Below are positions 25,594-32,448 of a DNA stretch of 32,448 nucleotides, in pieces. Each line of letters opens with the position of its first letter. The first letter of the stretch is position 1. The stretch is from Escherichia phage HZP2: sequence record NC_048164.1. One strand, written 5' to 3'. The notes beneath the pieces are model-generated. The model saw only the letters and a program-made list of their open reading frames with translations, ran no database searches and was not told the origin of the DNA. Both the position numbers and the translations under genes were made by a program.

Positions 25594-26634
25594 ATGGCTA
25601 ACATGACTGGTGGACAGCAACTGGGTACTAACCAAGGTAAAGGCGTAAGCACTGGTGGTGCAGATAAACTGGCGCTGTTCTTGAAGGTATTTGGCGGTGA
25701 GGTTCTTACTGCATTCGCTCGCACCTCCGTGACCACTTCTCGCCACATGGTCCGTTCCATCTCCAGCGGTAAATCCGCTCAGTTCCCTGTTCTGGGTCGC
25801 ACTCAGGCAGCGTACCTGGCTCCGGGTGAGAACCTCGACGATAAACGAAAAGACATCAAGCACACCGAGAAGGTCATCACCATTGATGGTCTCCTGACGG
25901 CTGACGTTCTGATTTACGACATTGAGGACGCGATGAATCACTATGACGTTCGCTCTGAGTACACCTCTCAGTTAGGTGAATCTCTGGCGATGGCTGCGGA
26001 CGGTGCTGTTCTGGCTGAGATTGCTGGTCTGTGTAACTTGACGAGCACCCTTAACGAGAACATTGAGGGCCTAGGCAGTGCCACTGTGATTGAGACCACT
26101 CAGAACAAGGATGCACTTACCGACCAAGTTGCGCTGGGTAAGGAGATTATTGCAGCTCTGACCAAGGCTCGTGCAGCTCTTACCAAGAACTACGTTCCGG
26201 CTGCTGACCGTGTGTTCTACTGTGACCCAGATAGCTACTCTGCGATTCTGGCAGCACTGATGCCTAATGCTGCAAACTACGCTGCACTGATTGACCCTGA
26301 GAAGGGTTCTATCCGCAACGTTATGGGCTTTGAGGTTGTAGAAGTTCCTCACCTCACTGCTGGTGGCGCTGGCACCTCTCGCGCGGATACCACTAATCAG
26401 AAGCACGCCTTCCCTGCCTCTAGTGACGGTGGTACTACCAAGGTTGCTAAGGACAACGTTATCGGCCTGTTCATGCACCGCTCTGCGGTAGGTACTGTTA
26501 AGCTGCGTGACTTGGCTCTGGAGCGTGCTCGTCGAGCTAACTTCCAAGCTGACCAAATCATCGCGAAGTACGCAATGGGTCACGGCGGTCTGCGCCCAGA
26601 AGCTGCTGGTGCTGTGGTTTTCAAGGGGGAGTAA
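25594..26634 (+). CDS. 10A: major capsid protein 10A (T7 gp10A homolog)
   Basis: 346 aa MANMTGGQQLGTNQGKGVSTGGADKLALFLKVFGGEVLTAFARTSVTTSRHMVRSISSGKSAQFPVLGRTQAAYLAPGENLDDKR..., near-identical to T7 gp10A. Confidence 0.98.
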   Translation: MANMTGGQQLGTNQGKGVSTGGADKLALFLKVFGGEVLTAFARTSVTTSRHMVRSISSGKSAQFPVLGRTQAAYLAPGENLDDKRKDIKHTEKVITIDGLLTADVLIYDIEDAMNHYDVRSEYTSQLGESLAMAADGAVLAEIAGLCNLTSTLNENIEGLGSATVIETTQNKDALTDQVALGKEIIAALTKARAALTKNYVPAADRVFYCDPDSYSAILAALMPNAANYAALIDPEKGSIRNVMGFEVVEVPHLTAGGAGTSRADTTNQKHAFPASSDGGTTKVAKDNVIGLFMHRSAVGTVKLRDLALERARRANFQADQIIAKYAMGHGGLRPEAAGAVVFKGE

Positions 26635-26792
26635 TGCAGGAAGTGACCTCAACGGTCGCTGCTAGTACCGAAGAGGTAAGCATTACTGCCGAAGAGAGTC
26701 TAACTCCAGCACAAAAAGCTGCCCGTACACGCGCTGCTAACAAAGCCCGAAGGGAAGCAGAGTTGGCTGCTGCTGCCGCTGCTGAGTAATAA

Positions 26793-26840
26793 CTAGCATA
26801 ACCCCTTGGGGCCTCTAAACGGGTCTTGAGGGGTTTTTTG
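26793..26840 (+). terminator. T7 RNAP terminator Tphi
   Basis: CTAGCATAACCCCTTGGGGCCTCTAAACGGGTCTTGAGGGGTTTTTTG, GC-rich hairpin plus U6 tract, identical to the T7 Tphi terminator as I recall it. Confidence 0.92.
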
Positions 26841-26857
26841 CTGAAAGGAGGAACTAT

Positions 26858-27448
26858 ATGCGCTCATACGATATGAACGTTGAGACTGCCGCTGAGTTAT
26901 CCGCTGTGAATGACATTCTGGCATCTATCGGTGAACCTCCGGTATCGACGCTTGAGGGTGACTCAAACGCAGACGTAGCGAACGCTCGACGTATTCTCAA
27001 CAAGATTAACAGACAGATTCAGTCGCGTGGCTGGACGTTCAACATTGAGGAAGGTATTACTCTTCTTCCTGACGTTTACTCCAACCTGATTGTATACAGC
27101 GACGACTACCTATCACTAATGGCTACCTCTGGTCAGTCAGTCTATGTCAACCGTGGTGGTTATGTATATGACCGAACGAGTCAATCGGACCGCTTTGAGT
27201 CTGGCATCACTGTTAACATTATCCGTCTACGAGACTACGACGAGATGCCTGAGTGCTTCCGCTACTGGATTGTCACTAAGGCTTCCCGTCAGTTCAACAA
27301 CCGATTCTTTGGGGCACCAGAAGTAGAGGGTGTACTTCAAGAAGAGGAAGACGAGGCTCGACGTCTCTGTATGGAGTACGAAGTAGACTATGGTGGCTTC
27401 AATATGCTGGACGGTGACGCATTCACTTCTGGCCTACTGACTCGCTAA
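26858..27448 (+). CDS. 11: tail tubular protein A / gatekeeper (T7 gp11 homolog)
   Basis: 196 aa [66 protein letters not shown]..., matches T7 gp11. Confidence 0.97.
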   Translation: MRSYDMNVETAAELSAVNDILASIGEPPVSTLEGDSNADVANARRILNKINRQIQSRGWTFNIEEGITLLPDVYSNLIVYSDDYLSLMATSGQSVYVNRGGYVYDRTSQSDRFESGITVNIIRLRDYDEMPECFRYWIVTKASRQFNNRFFGAPEVEGVLQEEEDEARRLCMEYEVDYGGFNMLDGDAFTSGLLTR

Positions 27449-27468
27449 TAAGTATTAAGGAGGCTCTA

Positions 27469-29856
27469 ATGGCACTCATTAGCCAATCAATTAAGAACTT
27501 GAAGGGTGGTATCAGTCAACAGCCTGACATCCTTCGTTATCCAGACCAAGGGTCACGCCAAGTTAATGGTTGGTCTTCGGAGACCGAGGGCCTCCAAAAG
27601 CGTCCACCAATGGTTTTCCTTAAGACCCTTTGTGGTAGTGGCGACTTAGGTGCTGCACCCTATATCCACCTGATTAACCGTGATGAGAACGAACAGTATT
27701 ACGCTGTGTTCACTGGTACAGGAATCCGTGTGTTCGACCTTGCTGGGAATGAGAAGCAGGTACGTTACCCAACAGATGGCTCTTCCTATATCCAAACAGC
27801 TAACCCTAGGAATGACCTGAGGATGGTAACTGTGGCCGACTACACTTTCATCGTTAACAGGAATGTCCGTGTTACAAGGAACGGTGATGCTGTTAACCTA
27901 TCAGGATTTAACCCCAAGCAGGACGCTTTGATAAACGTTCGCGGTGGTCAATACGGTAGAACATTGCAAATCATGATTAATGGTGGTACGCAAGCGTCCT
28001 ATCAGATTCCTGATGGTTCACAGCCAGCCCACGTTAATAATACTGACGCTCAATGGTTGGCAGAAGAGTTGGCTCGTCAGTGTAGGGCAAATACGCCCGG
28101 ATGGGCGTTCCACGTTGGACAGGGTTACATCCACATTGTAGCACCTGCTGGTCAACAGATTGATTCCCTCATGACGAAGGACGGATACGCTGACCAGTTG
28201 ATTAATCCTGTTACTCATTATGCTCAGTCGTTCTCTAAGTTGCCACCTAACGCTCCTGATGGGTACATGGTGAAAATCGTAGGGGATGCCTCGAAGTCTG
28301 CTGACCAGTATTACGTTAGGTATGATGCACAGCGAAAGGTATGGGTCGAGACACTAGGTTGGAACGTTAACAATCATCTTCTGTGGGATACGATGCCTCA
28401 CGCGCTGGTTCGCGCTTCTGATGGTAATTTTGAGTTCAGATGGCTTGAGTGGACCCCTAAAACATGTGGCGATGATGACACAAACCCGTGGCCCTCCTTC
28501 GTGGACTCCACAATCAACGATGTGTTCTTCTTCCGTAACCGTTTAGGTTTCCTTAGTGGGGAGAATATCATCTTGAGTAGAACCGCGAAGTATTTCAACT
28601 TCTACCCAGCGTCAATAGCAAACCTGAGCGACGATGACCCTATCGACGTGGCTGTTAGTACCAACCGAATAGCAATCCTTAAGTACGCCGTTCCGTTCTC
28701 TGAGGAGTTACTTATCTGGTCTGATGAAGCCCAATTCGTGCTGACAGCTTCCGGCACCCTTACGTCGAAATCAGTAGAGTTGAACCTAACTACTCAGTTT
28801 GATGTGCAGGACCGAGCGAGGCCGTTCGGGATTGGTCGTAACGTTTACTTTGCGAGTCCAAGGTCCAGCTTTACGTCCATCCATCGGTACTACGCAGTGC
28901 AGGATGTGAGTTCCGTTAAGAACGCTGAGGACATTACAGCGCACGTTCCGAACTACATACCTAATGGTGTGTACAGTATCTGCGGCTCAGGAACTGAGAA
29001 CTTCTGTTCGGTCCTATCTCATGGGGACCCAAGCAAAATCTTCATGTACAAATTTCTGTACCTCAATGAAGAGTTGAGGCAACAGTCATGGTCGCATTGG
29101 GATTTTGGGGAAAACACACAGGTGTTAGCGTGTCAATCCATCAACTCGGATATGTACATTATCCTGCGTAATGAGTTCAATACGTTCCTAGCAAGGGTAT
29201 CCTTTACGAAGAATGCCATTGACTTACGTGGTGAGCCTTATCGTGCCTTTATGGATATGAAGATTCGCTATACGATTCCATCTGGGACGTATAACGATGA
29301 TGCCTATGAGACTGCCATTAACTTGTACAGTATCTATGGAGCAACCTTTGGACGAGGGAAGATTACAGTTCTGGAACCTGATGGTAAGATTAATGAATTT
29401 GAACAACCTCAGGCTGGTTGGAACACTGACCCTTGGTTGCGACTGAGCGGTAACTTAGATGGTAAGACTGTGTTCGTAGGGTTCAACATCAACTTCGTCT
29501 ATGAGTTCTCTAAGTTCCTCATCAAGCAGACTGCCGACGATGGGTCTACCTCCACGGAAGACATAGGTCGCTTACAGTTACGCCGAGCGTGGGTTAACTA
29601 TGAGAATTCTGGTACGTTCGATATTTACGTCGAGAACCAATCGTCTAACTGGAAGTACACTATGGCTGGTGCTCGATTAGGTTCGAATACACTGAGGGCT
29701 GGGAGATTGAACCTAGGGACTGGACAGTATCGCTTCCCTGTAGTCGGTAACGCTAAGTACAACACTGTGTACATTGCATCCACTGAGACTACCCCACTGA
29801 ATATCATTGGGTGTGGCTGGGAAGGTAACTACTTACGGAGAAGCTCCGGTATCTAA
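27469..29856 (+). CDS. 12: tail tubular protein B / nozzle (T7 gp12 homolog)
   Basis: 795 aa MALISQSIKNLKGGISQQPDILRYPDQGSRQVNGWSSETEGLQKRPP..., matches T7 gp12. Confidence 0.97.
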   Translation: MALISQSIKNLKGGISQQPDILRYPDQGSRQVNGWSSETEGLQKRPPMVFLKTLCGSGDLGAAPYIHLINRDENEQYYAVFTGTGIRVFDLAGNEKQVRYPTDGSSYIQTANPRNDLRMVTVADYTFIVNRNVRVTRNGDAVNLSGFNPKQDALINVRGGQYGRTLQIMINGGTQASYQIPDGSQPAHVNNTDAQWLAEELARQCRANTPGWAFHVGQGYIHIVAPAGQQIDSLMTKDGYADQLINPVTHYAQSFSKLPPNAPDGYMVKIVGDASKSADQYYVRYDAQRKVWVETLGWNVNNHLLWDTMPHALVRASDGNFEFRWLEWTPKTCGDDDTNPWPSFVDSTINDVFFFRNRLGFLSGENIILSRTAKYFNFYPASIANLSDDDPIDVAVSTNRIAILKYAVPFSEELLIWSDEAQFVLTASGTLTSKSVELNLTTQFDVQDRARPFGIGRNVYFASPRSSFTSIHRYYAVQDVSSVKNAEDITAHVPNYIPNGVYSICGSGTENFCSVLSHGDPSKIFMYKFLYLNEELRQQSWSHWDFGENTQVLACQSINSDMYIILRNEFNTFLARVSFTKNAIDLRGEPYRAFMDMKIRYTIPSGTYNDDAYETAINLYSIYGATFGRGKITVLEPDGKINEFEQPQAGWNTDPWLRLSGNLDGKTVFVGFNINFVYEFSKFLIKQTADDGSTSTEDIGRLQLRRAWVNYENSGTFDIYVENQSSNWKYTMAGARLGSNTLRAGRLNLGTGQYRFPVVGNAKYNTVYIASTETTPLNIIGCGWEGNYLRRSSGI

Positions 29857-29885
29857 CTACTAACGGTTCTCCCTATGGTGACAAT

Positions 29886-29908
29886 TAATACGACTCACTA
29901 TAGGGAGA
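29886..29908 (+). promoter_or_regulatory. T7 RNAP promoter (phi13-like)
   Basis: TAATACGACTCACTATAGGGAGA exact consensus. Confidence 0.9.
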
Positions 29909-29935
29909 ACAATACGACTACGGGAGGGTTTTCTT

Positions 29936-30352
29936 ATGATGATTATAAGACCTACTAAAAGTACAGACTTTGAGGTATTCACTCCGGCTCACCATGACAT
30001 TCTTGAAGCTAAGGCTGCTGGTATTGAGCCGAGTTTCCCAGATGCTTCCGAGTGTGTCACGTTGAGCCTCTATGGGTTCCCTCTAGCCATTGGTGGTAAT
30101 TGCGGGGACCAATGCTGGTTCGTAACGAGCGACCAAGTGTGGAGACTTAGTGGAAAAGCTAAGCGAGAGTTCCGTAAGTTAATCATGGAGTATCGCGATA
30201 AGATGCTTGAGAAGTATGATACTCTTTGGAATTACGTGTGGGTAGGCAATACGTCTCACATTCGTTTCCTCAAGACTATCGGTGCGGTATTCCACGAAGA
30301 GTATACACGAGATGGTCAATTTCAATTATTCACAATAACGAAAGGAGGGTGA
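29936..30352 (+). CDS. 13: internal virion protein A (T7 gp13 homolog)
   Basis: 138 aa MMIIRPTKSTDFEVFTPAHHDILEAKAAGIEPSFPDASECVTLSLYGFPLAIGGNCGDQCWFVTSDQVWRLSGKAKR..., matches T7 gp13. Confidence 0.93.
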   Translation: MMIIRPTKSTDFEVFTPAHHDILEAKAAGIEPSFPDASECVTLSLYGFPLAIGGNCGDQCWFVTSDQVWRLSGKAKREFRKLIMEYRDKMLEKYDTLWNYVWVGNTSHIRFLKTIGAVFHEEYTRDGQFQLFTITKGG

Positions 30353-30354
30353 TT

Positions 30355-30933
30355 ATGTGTTGGCCTGCCGCAATTCCAATTGCATTAGCTGGCGCTCAGG
30401 CTGTAGGTAGTCAGTACGCTCAAGCTAAAATGATAGCCTCACAGACAGCCGCTGGTCGTCGTCAAGCCTTTGAACTTATGAAGCAGACGAACATCCAGAA
30501 TGCTGACCTATCGTTGCAAGCTCGAAGTAAACTTGAGGAAGCGTCCGCTGAGTTGACCTCACAGAACATGCAGAAGGTTCAAGCTATGGGGTCTATCCGA
30601 GCAGCTATCGGAGAGAGTATGCTTGAAGGTTCCTCAATGGACCGCATTAAGCGAGTAACTGAAGGACAGTTCATTCGGGAAGCCAATATGGTAACTGAGA
30701 ACTATCGCCGTGACTACCAAGCAATCTTCGCACAGCAACTTGGTGGTACTCAAAGTGCTGCAAGCCAGATTAGCGAAATCTATAAGGGCGAACAGAAACA
30801 GAAGAGTAAGCTACAGATGGTTCTTGACCCGCTGGTGGTCATGGGGTCAGCTGCTGCTAGTGCTTATGCAGACGGTAAGTTCGACTCTAAGGAACCTATT
30901 GTTGCCGCTAAAGGTACTAAGACTGGGAGGTAA
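30355..30933 (+). CDS. 14: internal virion / ejection protein B (T7 gp14 homolog)
   Basis: 192 aa from the ATG at 30355 (MCWPAAIPIALAGAQAVGSQYAQAKMIASQTAAGRRQAFELMKQ...), GGAGGG RBS; ORF-track start 30226 is an extension overlapping gene 13. Confidence 0.93.
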   Translation: MCWPAAIPIALAGAQAVGSQYAQAKMIASQTAAGRRQAFELMKQTNIQNADLSLQARSKLEEASAELTSQNMQKVQAMGSIRAAIGESMLEGSSMDRIKRVTEGQFIREANMVTENYRRDYQAIFAQQLGGTQSAASQISEIYKGEQKQKSKLQMVLDPLVVMGSAAASAYADGKFDSKEPIVAAKGTKTGR

Positions 30934-30939
30934 TACATT

Positions 30940-32448
30940 ATGAGTAAAATTGAATCTGCCCTTCAAGCAGCACAACCGGGACTCTCTCGGTTACGTAGTG
31001 GCGCTGGTGGTATGGGCTATCGTGCAGCAACCACTCAGGCTGAACAGCCAAGGTCAAGCCTATTGGATACCATTGGTCGATTCGCTAAGGCCGGAGCCGA
31101 CATGTATGCTGCTAAGGAGCAACGTGCTCGTGACCTAGCTGACGAACGCTCTAATGAGATTATCCGTAAGTTGACTCCTGAGGAACGCAGAGAGGCACTG
31201 AATAACGGGTCCCTCCTGATACAGGATGACCCATACGCTATGGAAGCACTTAAAGTCAAGACTGGTCGTAACGCCGCATATCTGCTTGATGATGACGTCA
31301 TGCAGAAGATCAGAGCGGGTGTCTTCACTACTCGCGAAGAGATGGAACAGTATCGCCATAGTCGTCTTCAAGAGGGCGCTAAGGCATACGCTGAGCAGTT
31401 CGGTATCGACCCTAATGACGTTGACTATCAGCGTGGTTTCAACGAGGACATCACTGAGCGTAACATCGCACTGTATGGTGCTCACGATAGCATCTTGAGT
31501 CAACAAGCTCAGAAGGGTGCCTTGATTAACAGTAGGGTTGAACTTAACAGCGTCCTTAAAGACCCTGACATGCTTCGCCGTCCAGACTCTGCGGACTTCT
31601 TTGAGAGCTATATCTCAAACGGACTAGTTACTGGGTCGATACCAAGTGACGCTCAGGCTACACAGTTAATCAGCCAAGCGTTTAGTGACGCATCTAATCG
31701 TGCTGGTGGTGCTGACTTCTTGATGCGTGTTGGCGACAAGAAGGTAACACTCTACGGAGCCACTACGACCTATAAGGAACTCATGGGTGAGGAGCAGTGG
31801 AATGCCCTTATGGTGACAGCACAGAGAGCACAATATGACAACGATGCAAAACTGAACGAGAAGTTTCAGCTTGACGTTAACTCTGCGTTGCTTATGGATG
31901 ACCCTAGAGTTGGCTGGGAGAAGCTCCTTGGAATCAAGGCCGAGTTAGATAAGAACCAGCCGGGAGAACAAATGACACCACAGCGAGCTACTTTAATAGC
32001 TGCGCAGGAGCAACTTCGGGCTAAGATGGTTGAGTGGACTAAGAATGAGGCAAAAGCTCTTGACGAGGCTCAAAAGGCCGATAATAAGTTCAAGGTAATA
32101 GACGCTCAATACCAGAAACGCATTAACGGTGAGTGGGTATCTACAGACTTTAAGGACATGCCCACTAACGAAAATACTGGTGAGTTCAAACATAGCGATA
32201 TGGTGAACTACGCTAACAAAAAGCTGGCTGACATCGACGCTATGGACATCCCAGATGGAGCAAAGGATAGGCTTAAACTTCAATACTTGCAGTCAGACTC
32301 TAAGGATGGGCCATTCAGGACTGCAATAGGAACGATGGTTCAGGACGCAGCTCAGGAGTGGTCTTCTTCTGTGATGAACGGTAAGTTAGCAGATAAGACT
32401 CCAGCGATGGATGCCTTACGCAGAATCCGTAACGCAGACCCATACCTA
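30940..32448 (+). CDS. 15: internal virion / ejection protein C (T7 gp15 homolog), 3'-truncated by the window end
   Basis: Open frame from the ATG at 30940 to the window end (503 codons): MSKIESALQAAQPGLSRLRSGAGGMGYRAATTQAEQPRSSLLDTIGRFAKAGADMY... matches the T7 gp15 N-terminal two thirds. Absent from the ORF track because it has no stop inside the window. Confidence 0.95.
   Translation, partial: MSKIESALQAAQPGLSRLRSGAGGMGYRAATTQAEQPRSSLLDTIGRFAKAGADMYAAKEQRARDLADERSNEIIRKLTPEERREALNNGSLLIQDDPYAMEALKVKTGRNAAYLLDDDVMQKIRAGVFTTREEMEQYRHSRLQEGAKAYAEQFGIDPNDVDYQRGFNEDITERNIALYGAHDSILSQQAQKGALINSRVELNSVLKDPDMLRRPDSADFFESYISNGLVTGSIPSDAQATQLISQAFSDASNRAGGADFLMRVGDKKVTLYGATTTYKELMGEEQWNALMVTAQRAQYDNDAKLNEKFQLDVNSALLMDDPRVGWEKLLGIKAELDKNQPGEQMTPQRATLIAAQEQLRAKMVEWTKNEAKALDEAQKADNKFKVIDAQYQKRINGEWVSTDFKDMPTNENTGEFKHSDMVNYANKKLADIDAMDIPDGAKDRLKLQYLQSDSKDGPFRTAIGTMVQDAAQEWSSSVMNGKLADKTPAMDALRRIRNADPYL

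Noticed and set aside
26071-26652. 193-aa minus-strand ORF opposite major capsid gene 10A
   Set aside because: Antisense to the most highly expressed late gene; no promoter or RBS; spurious.

Overview
The window is a near-complete, circularly permuted genome of a T7-like virulent podophage, with every supported gene on the + strand. It runs from the 3' end of tail-fibre gene 17 through the holin, terminase and spanin genes, crosses the genome terminus (one copy of the ~170 bp terminal repeat, T7-style short repeats), then covers the early region (host promoters, ocr, 0.4, RNA polymerase), the DNA-metabolism genes and structural genes 8 to 15 (gene 15 is cut by the window end). About 17 T7-type promoters (23-bp consensus TAATACGACTCACTATAGGGAGA), RNase III sites and the TE and Tphi terminators are recognisable. 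Calls rest on my reading of the sequence and recalled T7 organisation; no database search was run. The parts that differ from canonical T7, and so deserve a second look, are: (1) a group I intron carrying an HNH homing endonuclease that splits DNA polymerase gene 5; (2) a non-T7 tail-fibre C-terminus followed by an extra 134-aa ORF, possibly a Tfa-like chaperone, upstream of the holin; (3) an endonuclease VII-family gene in place of 0.5, with 0.6/0.7 (protein kinase) deleted to a remnant; (4) an HNH endonuclease inserted between genes 19 and 19.5; (5) a fourth tandem sigma70-type early promoter; (6) absence of genes 1.4, 2.8 and 7.7 and a shortened gene 1.7. No tRNA, rRNA or CRISPR array was seen.
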